64,000 bases of DNA from Octopus vulgaris (taxonomy: Eukaryota): positions 42,904,001-42,968,000 of the forward strand of contig OX597834.1 of NCBI GenBank assembly GCA_951406725.2, in the 5' to 3' direction. Under the pieces are notes generated by a model, which saw only the letters and a program-made list of their open reading frames with translations, made no database searches and was not told the DNA's origin. Both the position numbers and the translations under genes were made by a program. Below are positions 15,315 through 28,701 of this stretch, one piece after another (within the stretch, counting starts at the first letter, position 1; each line of letters starts with the position of its first letter).

Positions 15315-17463
15315 CAACCATTTAAATAACGATATTGATAACAAAACAATAACTAAAACAATAATGAAAAAACAATAACAACATATAAAAACGAAAGAAA
15401 ATGTCAAGCTGAAGAGAAAGATGACTAAAGCAACACATTAATATAACAGCAAGAATAATGAATTATGAATGATAAGAGTTAAGATAGGAAGGAAATGGAG
15501 GAGGAGAAGGCGGAGGAGCTGATGGTGGTGGTGGGAGTGTAGATGAAGAGGCTGAAAAAAGACGAAGCTATACAAGGAAGAGGAAAAGGAGATGGTAAAG
15601 AAGATGACGACGGCGACGACGACGAAAACAATGATGATGATGATGATGATGTTGGTGATGATGACGATGATGATGGTGAAGATACTGATAAAGATGATAA
15701 CAATGAGAAGGATGGTAATGCGGATGATGATGACGATAATAATGATTACAATAATAATAAATTGCCCTCATGCAGTACCAGGCAGTGACTCTCATGGCTT
15801 CTGATCTTAACTGATTGGAAGTGTCATCATGTACATTGTTTTGTCTGGGTATAAAAGATGGGCTACAGCAAATATTCTGCTCAATACCACAGATTTGCTT
15901 GTCAGTTGTTTGACCTTAACCAGTTGAGCATGTCCCTTAGTGGCTGACGATATGTGCATCTCTGATCCCGAGCAGAAGTAGTGGGGGAGCATCATAGCCG
16001 TGTGTTGAAAGGAATTCTTGGCGGTTTGGATAATTCACCTTTGGAAACATGGGTGTTTCGTTCAACATCCTTTAACAATCCTTATTCAGGGACCTATTGA
16101 GCGGGATGAGTTACTCGACCAGAAGAAAATTCTTACTGGGCCCCACCTGCAAGGTCATGCGCTGTTTATCTTGATATGAGATTACCATGTCACGCACATA
16201 TGGTTGTGATGCATGTGCCTAGTGTACCCTTATCAGACGGGTTGTCATGATGGGTATACTGTTGCAGGAACCAATCTGAAGCAGATTTCTAAAGGAAACG
16301 AACTGAATCTACAAGAGTTTCCTTCAAAACGCGGATGAGACAGATAATCGATTAATTTAGAATCTCAGGTTATTATAGTAAGCGAACGAGAAATATACAT
16401 TGTGATTAAACGTGTGCTCTATCCAGATGCCAATCTCACCTTGGTCATTGTCGAGTTATCAAAACTGTACATTGATCCACATCTGCCTCGACTATGAGTA
16501 ATGCCGTCGCTCGATCAACAGAACTACCTGTTCGCTGAATTGACTCTGTATTCCACAGGAACATGTACCCGTAAAGCGATCTCCTGACTGAATCACGGTG
16601 ACAGAAAATGAGACGAGTCTGGTTCTTTGAGACACATTTAACATCGTTACCCGTTTGTGTTTCTTCATTTTCCATTTACAATATTTAGTTAACCACAGTC
16701 TTTGGTAAAAGTTTCCCCGCACTGAGATCGAATGCCAGACCTCGTGAGCGCCGTGCGATCTTCCTAAACATCTGACCTTATCTGCGTTCGCGTTATTTAG
16801 TATAGATAATGAATTATGAGGTAGCTGTCTATTATCATGTTTATCAGCCTCAATTGTTTTTACAATATCCAGAAATCAGTGGAAACACCTGTCTAACCTA
16901 GCAACAACTATTCATCATAATAACGAAAGCAAACACACAAATCCACATGACTCGTACTGTAGAGTAACACTGACAAACATACAATAGGATACATATATAT
17001 ATATATATATAAGATGAAGAACAAATGAAAGTTTGGTGAGGCAGCGAGAGTTAAACTTCCTGATTAATGAGCTCTACTTTCAATAGAGCGGAGAATGATT
17101 TGTGAAGTACAGGGATGGGTTGAATCCGTCCAAATTCATATTTAGTGCCTACGATCAATAAGGGTATGTGATCACCCGTTTCCGATTCTCAATTTAGCTT
17201 TGAGACTGCAAAGCAGGCCATTAAATCGTGCATTATAAAACGAAATTGCACACACACACACACGGCGTAAGCAATAATGATTATAAAAAGCACAATGGCT
17301 ACCATTAAACTTGCATTCTATCATATTTTATAGCTTACTTAACCAGTTGTTTGTTGACACATCTATTCTTTTGTATTTTCTCACTGGTCTAGACATGTAT
17401 ACATCTCCCCGAGTCCCACATAACCGCATTAACCTAATTCACATGAACCTCACACATACACAT

Positions 17464-17496
<33 letters not shown>

Positions 17497-17502
17497 CATA
17501 TG

Positions 17503-17663
17503 TAGGTGGAGGTGTAGCTGTGTGGTAAGACGCTTGCTTCTCAACAACATGCTTCTCGGTTCAGTCCCACTGCTTGGAAACTTGGACGAGTGTCTTCTTC
17601 TATAACCTCAGACTGAACAAAGCCTTGAGAGTGGATTTGGTAGAAGGAAATTGAAAGAAGCCC

Positions 17664-17667
<4 letters not shown>
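17503..17667 (+). mobile_element. SINE family A 5' half
   Basis: GTAGCTGTGTGGTAAGACGCTTGCTTC...GGTTCAGTCCCACTG...GAAAGAAGCCCGTC. Confidence 0.85.
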
Positions 17668-17711
<44 letters not shown>

Positions 17712-17835
17712 TCTCTGTCTTTCAATAAACTAACTGAAGTTTTTCTACACCCACAGAGGTTAGCCAGCATTATTAACCGGAAAAGTGAATACAGTACCCG
17801 CTAGAATTGTAAAACATTACCAACCTAATTTGGAA

Positions 17836-18111
<276 letters not shown>

Positions 18112-18910
18112 ATATATGTATGTACCTATGTGCGTGTGGTTTTCTGTCGTGTTTGTCCCTCCTTCAACACTTGACACTCGGTGTTGGTGTGTTTGCGTCC
18201 CCGAAATGGATCTGTAATACATGATTAGTGTACTTACTTTAGAAACAGTTGTATGAGAATACGTTTTCTGCTAGGGATACTTAGAAGACTTATATATACA
18301 TACTTATTTCAATTATTACAATCGTTATGTGCCCACACTTGCTGCTGTATGTTAGTCAAAATACATATTAAACCTGAGATTTATGGAAATATTTTTTGCA
18401 GAGTTATTGTATAGCAAAACAGGAACGTGGAATGTTTTGGTTCTATTTGTTCTCCATTACACATGTTTCATATTCTAATAGGAATTGCAAAGACTCAAAT
18501 GTTAGATAGACATGTAAGGAACTTTCTATTGGAAATAAACATTTTCTGACGAATTTCTAATTGGAAATTCCTGATGTTTCTCTAGCATATAAATCTATGT
18601 AATTCCTGCTAGGGAATGAAACGCATATAATGCGTGATAAATAATAGCAAAAATTTTGCACTTTATTGCTATGTTTGTGTATATACATATATACAACTTA
18701 TAAACAAGGGCAAAAGAAAATTATTTCTATGCCAATATGCTGATAACAGTCTTTTAAATCGGCAATTTCCACATATTATTATACCCACTACAGAAATACG
18801 TAGTGCTGAAATCGAGGAAAGCTAGCCAACATAATTTTATATATATATATTTAATTACATATATATATATATATATATATGTTTAATTTTTAGATTCCTA
18901 ACATTATAAT

Positions 18911-19054
18911 CTCTCTGATGAAGCTTTGGGGCTCAGTTATCGTCCAACCACTGACCAATTTTTGTTCAACTTTTGAAAAATCCCTGAATAATACTGGCAT
19001 GATGTGGAAAACTTGGCAGACTGGGCAAACCCACAGCAGAAACAGTTGTAAGGG
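18911..19054 (+). ncRNA. Type-I hammerhead ribozyme motif with long stem-II extension
   Basis: Stem I CTCT/AGGG; core CTGATGA 18915-18921; stem II GCTTTGGG/CCCACAGC extended by GCTCAGTT/GACTGGGC; GAAA 19039-19042; short stem III CAGTTG; GUA cleavage triplet ending at 19050. Confidence 0.7.
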
Positions 19055-19107
19055 CTTAGTGTTTTTCAATCATATATTCTTATTCATTTGTTTATTTTTA
19101 TTACTTA

Positions 19108-19295
19108 CACTTGCTTGACAACCGATGCTGGTGTGTTTATGTCCGCGCTACTTAGCGGTTCGGCAAAAGAAACCGAGAGAATAAGTACTGGGCTTACAAA
19201 AGAATAAGTCCCGGGTTCGAGTTGCTCGATTAAAGGCGGTGCTCCAGCATGGCCGCAGTCAAATGACTGAAACAAGTAAAAGAGTAAGAGAGAGT
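19108..19295 (+). mobile_element. SINE family A 3' tail
   Basis: GCTTGACAACCGATGCTGGTGTGTTT...GCATGGCCGCAGTCAAATGACTGAAACAAGTAAAAGAG. Confidence 0.88.
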
Positions 19296-20497
19296 ATACA
19301 TATGATTGCAATCAATTAATAGATAGATATGAATGAATGTCTACATTTGCTGATATTTGTCGATTGATTATCCTCTCCATTTTCTTATTTGCCTTACATA
19401 TATATATATACATAATGCGTTTTAATAAAGCATATTACTCTACCGCCGGGATTCGAGTACTATATTTTGCACCTTGTTTCACATTTATGTGCTTCCTTTG
19501 GTATACACACACACACACACACTCACACACACATGTATATATGTAAATATGTATATATATATATATATATGCAAACTTGTATATAAACATGCATACATAT
19601 ATATACAGTTGTGTGCGTTAGTGTGTATGTGTTTGTGCGTGTAGTATCGCCTCACTAAATTGTGATAATAATACAGTATTTTGTGTCTGTAACTGTATTC
19701 CATCTGTCTATGTCCCATGGCACGCTGGTGCTTGCGACTAATGATGTGCTTGTGCTAAATATTAGTCTCAGTGGTTTGCCACACATTCTTTTTTACTATA
19801 GCCTTCAGCACGAAATCGAGACATGTTATTCCAGTCTCGAGGAAAGGAGACTGACTACCTACACATTTTTTCAGCTTGAAAGATTATTGTGCAATGCTTT
19901 TTTGTTTATTATAAGAGAAGTTATCGAAGCAGCAATGAAGAAATTACACAATCACCTCTAAATATATAAATAAGGGAATATATAAGAAAAAAGAGCTGAA
20001 AAAGAGAAAGCTAGTAAAAAAAATATTCACAGATACATGGATACTAAAGCGAACACGTAAACGTATAGACAACGCTTATGCACGCGAAGATAATCGCACG
20101 CACACACATACACAAACATACAAGCTCACTCGCAGCTAATTTAATCTTGTACGAGTTGAGCTTTGCCATCGTTACTTTGTCTACTTTCCAGGTATTTTCG
20201 GATTTATTTGCGAACGCAAAATTAGAATAAAACGCCTTTGTGTGTATGTGTATATTAATAGTAGATATCTAATGCTATGGGCACAGACACACAGACACAC
20301 AGACACACGCACACACAAAACACATATACACTCGCATGAACCGTGCTTACATATATATATCTTTGTGTGTGCGTATGGATGTGTATACATATATATATAT
20401 ATAGATAGATAGATACGTAGATAGATGGATACAGGTATTATGCACGTGCATATATTATTATTTAAATAATCGCATTGTCAATGTTATTTATTACATA

Positions 20498-20755
20498 GGG
20501 CGGCAAGCTGGCAGAGCCCTTTAGCACGCCGGGCGAAATGCGTAGCCGTATTTCGTCTGCCGCTACGTTCTGAGTTCAAATTCCGCCGAGATCGACTTTG
20601 CCTTTCATCCTTTCGGGGTCGATTAAATAAGTACCAGTTACGCACTGGGGTCGATGTAATCGACTCATAAGGCTGGGGTCGGTCCAAGATGCCTTCTGCC
20701 TAGAACTCGGAACCGTGTGGTTGGGAAGCAAGCTTCTTACCTCACAGCCACGCAG
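20498..20755. mobile_element. SINE family B (+, 20498-20668) abutting a family A head fragment (-)
   Basis: GGCGGCAAGCTGGCAGA...GCCTTTCATCCTTTCGGGGTCGATT; then GAACCGTGTGGTTGGGAAGCAAGCTTCTTACC. Confidence 0.85.
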
Positions 20756-21067
20756 CTTGTTTAGATTTTATATTTTATCGTATATATATATATATATATA
20801 TGTTGTATGTGTCCGTGTGTTTGTATGTATGTGTGTGTGTGAGCATGTGCGTGTATGTGTTTTCTATTGTTATCGGTGTTGCTGTTGTCTTCTTCCAATC
20901 AGAACTCACGCCATTAGCCAAAAAGAATAATCTCTAGTTCGAGCCTACTCTAAGCTACTAAGAATGCGTGTGGCAACTTGAAGATCCACCCACCACACGC
21001 GATAGACTGGCGGTTGCACGGGTGCGAAAGCTACGTTGTTATCCTCATTCCGTAAACGGTGGCTTTT

Positions 21068-21377
21068 AACGGGTGGAGAGCTGAACCATCCTGGGGTACA
21101 GAGGATTCGCAATCTAGACTAGGGTCTGAAAGTTTACCACACCATCATAGTGGGTTACACCATGGTTCCTCTGCTTTTTGGCAGAAGTAGGAAGAAAAAG
21201 CGAGAGAAAGTTATGGTGAAAGAGTACAGCGGGTTTCACCACCTCCCCCGCCGGAGCGTCGTGGAGCTTAGGTGTTTTTGCTTAATAAACACCCACAATG
21301 CCCGGTCTGGGAATCGAAACCGCGTTCTTACGACCGCGGGTTCGCTGCCCTAACCACTGGGCCATTGCGCCTCCACT
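21068..21377 (-). mobile_element. SINE family C (tail Y)
   Basis: Same head as 14954-15267; tail GCAGAGGAACCATGGTGTAAC...TCCTCTGTACCCCAGGATGGTTCAGC shared with 59964-60270. Confidence 0.88.
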
Positions 21378-21379
21378 GT

Positions 21380-21562
21380 TGCTGTTCGACCGTGGTCGAG
21401 ACATGGAATTTACCATGCTACGCCAGACTTCACGGTCCATCATGGCATTACGGAGGTCCTGTTGCTGGATGCCTGTATCCCTGGAGATTACATCAGGGTA
21501 GGAGAGTGTGCGCCCTCTGGTATTGCGAGTAGATGGCTTCCAGAGGAGGAGAGTAGAAATTA
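21380..21562 (-). mobile_element. RTE-clade LINE 3' end fragment
   Basis: Manual minus-strand translation VISTLLLWKPSTRNTRGRTLSYPDVISRDTGIQQQDLRNAMMDREVWRSMV fits the RTE ORF C-terminal pattern (LLW.P...RGR...D...D......DR..WR). Confidence 0.75.
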
Positions 21563-21972
21563 CGGTCGAACAATGATGATGATGATGATGACTGTTGCTG
21601 TTGTTGTTATTGATATCGTGTTTTACAGCAGTTTCTATCTATTGTTACTATGAATATAGTTGGTAACATTGTGTTTGTTATTGTTGCTCTTTCTTTTGTC
21701 CTTGTCATAATTATTGTTGTTGTTGTTGTTGTTGCAGCTCATCCTACACTTGTCATTGTTGCTATAATTATCAACAGTTGCTATTGTTGCAATCGCCGTC
21801 GTTGTTGATGTCTTTTTTTTTTATTGTTGACTGTTGTTTGTGGCTCTAATGCCCATCCCTCCTCAATTTAATTTCATTTGTGATGCTTATACAGGAACTC
21901 CAATCAATGATATGCTTCACATGGTAGCGATTATGTTAATGATGATGCTGCCGCTGCGGTTGTTGTTGCAGT

Positions 21973-22232
21973 AGGTGGTGGTGGTGGTGATGGTGGTGGT
22001 GGTGGTGGTGGTGGTGGTGATGGTGGTGGTTGTGATGGTGGTGGTGGTGGTGGTGGTGATGAGGGTGATGGTGGCGGTGGCGGTGGTGGTGGTGGCGGTG
22101 GTGGTGATGGCGGTGGTGGTGGTGGTGGTGGTGGCAGTGGTGGTGGTGGTGGTAGTGGTGGTGGTGGTGGTGGTGGTGGTGGTAGCGGTGGTGGTGGTGG
22201 TGGTTGTGATGGTGGTGGTGGTGGTGGTGGCG
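21973..22232. repeat. (GGT)n microsatellite
   Basis: Read directly; source of the poly-His and poly-Val ORFs. Confidence 0.95.
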
Positions 22233-23018
22233 GTGTTGGGTTTTGTTCTCGTTTCCGATGTTGTGTATTATATTAGCTGCAAATCGTCTTCTGTCTTGTA
22301 AATGTCCCCTCCGGTATATTATCAGAGAACAAACGCCCCCCCCACCCCACACCTCACCTTGCTGGCATTTACAATCCAAAGCATTCCTGCACGCGCGCAA
22401 GGTTTTCCCCTTTTTCCCCGCCCTTCCCTCTCTTCCCTTCTCTCCCTCCTTCATAAACACAAGCACACACAAACATGCATATATATATATATATATATAT
22501 ACTGACATACATGCATCAACTTGCACGTGATATGCACAAATACATGCATAGATAGACGTCGCTACCACACACTTATATATATATATATACACACGATCCC
22601 GCAAATACACGCCCCCCATGCGAATGTCTAGCAACAAAATGGACGCTTCTTTGCATGCGTTTGAAGCAGTCGCATACGTACACACATCCGTAATTAAAAC
22701 TAACAATAGTCTCATACAAGTACAAAGGAAAATACACAGAGATAAATCAATACACACATCCGAACAGAACACACATCACACACACGCATATTTATGTATG
22801 TATGTATGTATGTATGTATGTATGTATGTATGTATGTATGTATGTATGTATGTATGTATGTGTGTATGCATGCATACATGTATTTATGCCTGCATGTTTG
22901 TCTGCATGTATATATATATAGTTAATCCAAACAAGAAAACACAAAAATACACAACAACGCGAGGACGTGGAACAAATATAGTATTATTGGACGCTCAGGA
23001 AAGAAGGGAAGAAGGAGG

Positions 23019-23053
23019 GTTTAACGTTTCGAGCGTAGCTCTTCGTCGGAAAC
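23019..23053 (-). ncRNA. Minimal type-I hammerhead motif (CCGACGA core variant) within a ~200-bp element (22921-23120)
   Basis: Minus strand reads GTTT CCGACGA A GAGC TAC GCTC GAAA CG TT AAAC; stems I and II pair fully, and the AACGTT palindrome forms stem III. Confidence 0.65.
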
Positions 23054-24474
23054 ATAGGAGAAGGAAAGATCCAGAGAAGGGAAGACAGAGGAAAAAAAAT
23101 CGCCAACGGTACACACGAGCCCTAATTTGTATGCTCATGCTAATCGCTGATAACTCGCTTAATATTCATTTCTTCTTAGACTTAACCATTCGCTAGATTA
23201 AGATTTGAGGAAAGTGAAATTTTCTGCTAACGCTACAGGTAGTTTGAAACGCTGTCTGAGCATAAAGACTGTTTATGATGGTGTTTCAAACTTTCTACCT
23301 TAGCGACTTATAAGCTTTCGAAGTGGAGATTGGTTTGGCTCAAATTGGCCTCTTTAGAATGTTCACAAGAGACGTACAAGAAGAGAGTGGACGTCGGCGT
23401 TACGTAACGGCCGTAGTTAATGAAGTTATGCCGAAAAGATTCAGTAGGATACTCTACACGTTCCTTGAACCACACAGTACTAGAATTCTTTATTAGATTA
23501 TATAAAAAGGAAATTTTAGGGTACAATCCGGCAAGAGTCAATTAATTGTGGGTAGACCTAGAACGAGAATGAACTCAAATACCGAGCAAAATGTTTCATG
23601 ATATTAACAATTCCATAGCTTTGCGTTGGCAACAGTGGGCAGTTTTGAGTTTAAAAACAGTCGCCCATAAACTATTAAATTCTGCCAACAATTTTGACAT
23701 TTTTTTCTTTTAATGAAATATACTTTAGTAATGATGACCTTTATGATCATTCAATTTGTGTATATATCTTTTAATTTACTCTGAATGTGTATGTGTGGTG
23801 TGTACGAATATGTGTGTGTCTGTGTCATTTATTTTTTCTTTCACTTATTTTATTCATCAGACTGCAACCATGTTGGGGCACCTCCTTGTATAATGCTTTA
23901 ACAAATGAATAAAACCCCACAACTTCTTTCAAGCCTGGTACTTATTCTTGAATCTTTTTCCGAATATACAAAAGCTAACAGAAGAACGACATCTTGATGG
24001 TTTTTTTTCAAAAAGCTTTGCACGAGAGATACGATTAAAAGCAGCTGCTTCAAGTCTACGTGTTCATTTAATTTCTGGCTCCCGTGGGAAAGCCCCAAAC
24101 GTATTGCTTTTTTTTTCAATTTCTCATGCCATACGTTTGAAAAATTAAACAAAGAAGATCACAGAAAGAAATGCCCAATTTTTGAAATTGCATTGTCCTT
24201 TAAGCAATATTTCATCTTTCATTCTTTATTTTTTACTTCCTTCAGTCATTCGAGTACGTCCATAATATGGCAACTTTTGCAGGGTTTCTGTCAAACAAAT
24301 CACCTGGGGTACTTAGACTTTTTAAAGTTTAGAATATATTTTATCTGTGTCTGTGCGAACGAGTTAATGTATACAAAGTACAGAGAGTTAAGATTTTTTT
24401 TGTTTTCTGAAACCGTTAGTTCTGGAAAAAAATTGTTTTTCTTTACGGAGATGTACTTGCATAGCAAGTGATCT

Positions 24475-24704
24475 AATTGTGTGCTGGAACGAAGACAATT
24501 GCAGCGTGGAAAGTGTTTATAAGCCATTTAAGAAACACACAAAAACCGTTAGATTCACTTCAACATTTAAATTTAATTAGCCAAAATCTTTACGTCGCTT
24601 TGAGACCGCAACCTGTTCACTGACAAAATTCCATGCAGCACACAATTTTGTCTAACGATTTTTGTGTATTTCTGAAATGGCTTTCTGAATTCCGCGCTGC
24701 AATT
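24475..24704. repeat. Imperfect inverted repeat element
   Basis: 24497-24553 (AATTGCAGCGTGGAA...AAGCCATTTAAGAAACACACAAAAACCGTTAGA) is complementary to 24651-24704; AATTGTGTGCTG 24475-24486 is complementary to CAGCACACAATT 24636-24647. Confidence 0.75.
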
Positions 24705-25275
24705 CTTATTGTTTTTCATCTTTCGATAAAAATGTATCACATCGCATTTTATTCTTATGTTGTTATACTTTGATAGATGTGGCTTATATATAACCGGAAA
24801 GGTAGTTTTGTATTCATAAGTATTGCTTTACGTAATGTATTCCCATATTTACCCCGTAAATATTAATTTCTGCAAGAACGTAGATGATTGTTCATGCGAA
24901 ATACGTTTTTGAATTCCAGTTCAATTGCTACAAATATAATATTTTAGGTGCATCTCATTCGCTTGATTCCACGATAACGCTGAATGCTAATGATTTTCTC
25001 AAACAGTTAACATTTAGTGGGCATTTCTCCCGAAGTCTCAGGTTGCAAGGTTTATGTTAGCCAGCTATATACATTCCGATTTGTATCCTTATAGCATTAT
25101 ACCATTTCATTCTCTTTCTTTCTCTCTGTCAGTGTCTCCGCTACTCACGCACGTACACATGAACTATTTCTCTCTCTCTCTCCCCATGCATATATATATA
25201 TATACATATATATGTATGTGCGTAAATCTACATTTATTATGCACACTCATACGTACACATACAAACACACACACA

Positions 25276-25312
<37 letters not shown>

Positions 25313-26002
25313 GAGTATAGACATATTTACTCTGCTCCAGCCTCTATACGTCCAACTGCGGTTATAAAAGCTAAAATATTATAAATCCATTAACGTATTA
25401 CAATTGCAGGAGCGAAGACCAATTACTGCTGGTTTCATATCCAGACCACCACACACAGATTCTTTTCACTATCTGCTGGCACATCCTTGATGAAAGCGTT
25501 TAGATTTTCTTTCATCGTTTGTGAATGACATATTAAAGATGCCCAAAGCTAATGGTAGATGTCCATTCTTATTTGAATTACAATATATTTATGTGGTCTG
25601 AAATCCTTTTACAAGATCCAACATTGCCTGTAAGCGTCTTGGGTTTGAGTTTTGGATTAAAATTACCATGGTCTGACGGATATCTATCACACGTTTCTTT
25701 ATCTGATTTTATTCATTATACTAAGCTTATCCACAGACCCGAATTATACCAAAATTGACCCAATGTGTCGCGGTATGCGGGGTAAAGAATAGTCTAATGG
25801 ATGCAAAGCAAAACTTCAAAAGTTTAGACCAGCTGTTAATATTTTGTCCCCAAATACATTAATGTAAACACGCATACCCACATATGTGTGTGTATGCGTG
25901 TGCGTGTGTGTGACTATGGGTGTGTGTGTGTGTGTGTGCGTGCGCACGTATAGAAAGGTACGCAGATATATACAGTTATATTTATATATAATAAATGAAA
26001 CC

Positions 26003-26235
26003 TTTTAAAGCCTAGCCAGGCTCATGGGCCCGGTTTCTCGGTCTCAATGGCGTATGTGTTACCCAGCTGGATGGGACGTAGTCCATCGCAGCGTTACTCA
26101 TTTTTGCCAGCTGAGTGGACAGGAGCAACGTGAAATGAAATGTATTGCTCAAGAACACAACGCGTCGCCCGGTCCAGAAATCGAAACCACATTCTTACGA
26201 TCATGATGCTGACACCCTAACCACTAAGCCACGCA
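26003..26235 (-). mobile_element. tRNA-derived SINE, family D with V-domain-like tail
   Basis: Head GCGTGGCTTAGTGGTTAGGGTGTCAGCATCATGATCG...GGTTTCGATTTC; tail GCTGCGATGGACTACGTCCCATCCAG...GAAACCGGGCCCATGAGCC. Confidence 0.85.
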
Positions 26236-26606
26236 CATACACACTCACACACACACACACACATATATATATATGCACGTTTTTATATGAATGTATACAC
26301 ATACACATATAATATACATATATATATATATACGCATACACATATTTAGTTGAATACATACACAGACACACAAAACCACAAACGTATATACATATAGGAA
26401 TGCATACATATTTATACATACAAACCCCCCACAATCTCCCACACACATTTATATATATATATACCCACAAAAATACGTATCCGCAAATATATATATCCGT
26501 ATATTTTCATGTCTGTATATGTATACGCATTTTGTTTATTTACATATATATATATTGCTTAATATTAGCATCATTTTTACATATATGCGTATGTGCTCAT
26601 TTTTAC

Positions 26607-26648
<42 letters not shown>

Positions 26649-27307
26649 ACACATTTATATACGCGTGTACAGCGATTCGTCAATATTCATATGGTGTACA
26701 CACGTTCACAGAAACAAATAATTATTCATCATAGTGAGCTATACACTCTATAGCCTCTGCGAGTCGTCATTTCACAATCTACATGACAAATTTACGAGAA
26801 ATTCTTCATGGCTCTGTGTTCGTGTGTAAGTTTCGTTGTATCTCTCTCGTTTCAAGAATGATCCATGTAAGCGCCGCTGAATCGTGTTTGTACAACCGAA
26901 CAATTAAATTGATTATATATTTTCAGGTTATTGTTGCATGTAACAAGGACTCCTGAAAGTGGTCTGATGAGAAAAAACCCCCAAAAAGACAACAACATAG
27001 CAGCTAGATTTGTAATTTTTTATAACTCCTTTCACGGGATAACTTCGGGTAATTTAATAATGTCCCTCTATATATATATGTCTAATGTGTCTGGTGGAAA
27101 CGGCGGGTGTGAAATATGTACGTGTGTGAGAGTGGGTGAGTGTATATGCGCGTACGAGCACAGATACGCACACGCATGCAAACAACCTCACCTATATAAT
27201 ACTCTGTACAATATACGAAAGCACCCCTAATTATAATAGTCCCATAGACATAAAAATATGTGCGTATATATTATAAACATATATCTACATATATCTATAT
27301 ATAGCTA

Positions 27308-27359
<52 letters not shown>

Positions 27360-27970
27360 CATCTATCTATCTATCCATCTATCTATTTATCTATCTATCT
27401 ATTTATCTATCTATCTATTTCCCTGTCTATCTGTCTGTTTGCCTGTCTGTATCTCTCTCTCTCTCTCTCTCTCTCTCTATTCATTTATCTATCTATCGGT
27501 AGATAGTGTCCAAATACTTCATGGGCTGGCATGAAGTGAAGCTCCAAAGAACTTTTATCAAACAACTAAGAAATTATTTATATATTTTATTAATCATAAA
27601 ACTGGAAAATATTGTAAATAACTTGTATATAACTTTCAACCTGTTCATATTGTCTTTTCTCTGAAGTGACTACTGGGTTGTCTGTTTCTCGTTGGAAATC
27701 TGCAGGGTTCCTGAACTGGAAGAACCTGGTTAAGAATCCATACGGTGATATCGTACAACTGTACACCTTGTAACTACGTTTTGCAACCAACCAATGCTAG
27801 AGGGAATCTGAGGACTCAGTGGTACATAAAACAAGAAAACTCAGCGATCACACACACACACATACACATGCGCGCGCGCACACACACACAAATAAGTAAA
27901 ATAAATAAAGATGAATATACTTCACTGAAAATTAGATATATATATTTACGAAATCGAGACAGATATCCAC

Positions 27971-28050
27971 AGCTAGTAGGCTTATGCTACTCTAGACCGA
28001 TGATGGGCAAAGACCCTGAAACATGCGTGTCTCTAGATGCAGGCCTAGCT
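27971..28050 (+). ncRNA. Type-I hammerhead motif (CCGATGA core variant) with extended stem I
   Basis: TCTAGA CCGATGA T GGG CAAAGA CCC T GAAA CAT GC GTG TC TCTAGA (27991-28037); GUC triplet; stem I extends imperfectly (AGCTAG..AGGCTT..TGC with GCAGGCCTAGCT). Confidence 0.7.
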
Positions 28051-28701
28051 TTTGGGGGTATTTGTCTCTCCTTCGTAAATATATAAGGACACAGTAAGTG
28101 TGTCGAAGCCGACAGGAAGCGTCAATGCTTCCTAGGGCTAAACAGCAGTGGTGTAATCCTCTACTGTCACGTTAAGTTGACAGTATACAACCATAATATT
28201 TAATGTGTTTGGGTGAAATCAACTGGTCAGTAAACTGGCTTAGTCAAAATACCAGCAAACCCATGAAATAAACCTATAAATCTGTGAGAAGTCCCTAGGC
28301 ACCGATGGAGATGGAAGTAGCGTGAAAAATCTGTTGAACTGAAAGCTAATCCCTGAACAAACATCGATAATATCGTGGCATCTTAATGTCAACGTAGATG
28401 AAATCTTGTCAACTGAAGACCCGAAGAAAAATTTTAAATATGAAAACTGACGGAATCGTTAAATGTTCGGACAGAATGTTTCATGGTATTTTCCCAAACC
28501 CAAAATGCTATGGTTTCAAATCACGCTAATGTCACATTTACTGAAATGGAATATGAGTAACTGCGATATATGTGGTGATGGAGAAGAAACAATAAATCAT
28601 ATAGTCTCTGGCTGCCCAGTCCTGGCTAAGAAGAAATCTTTTCACAGACACGATAGAGTTGAGACATATATACATTGGAAGCTATGACGACACTATGGAA
28701 T

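Noticed and set aside
21936-22772. 278-aa poly-His ORF
   Set aside because: Translation of (GGT)n and (TA)n microsatellites.
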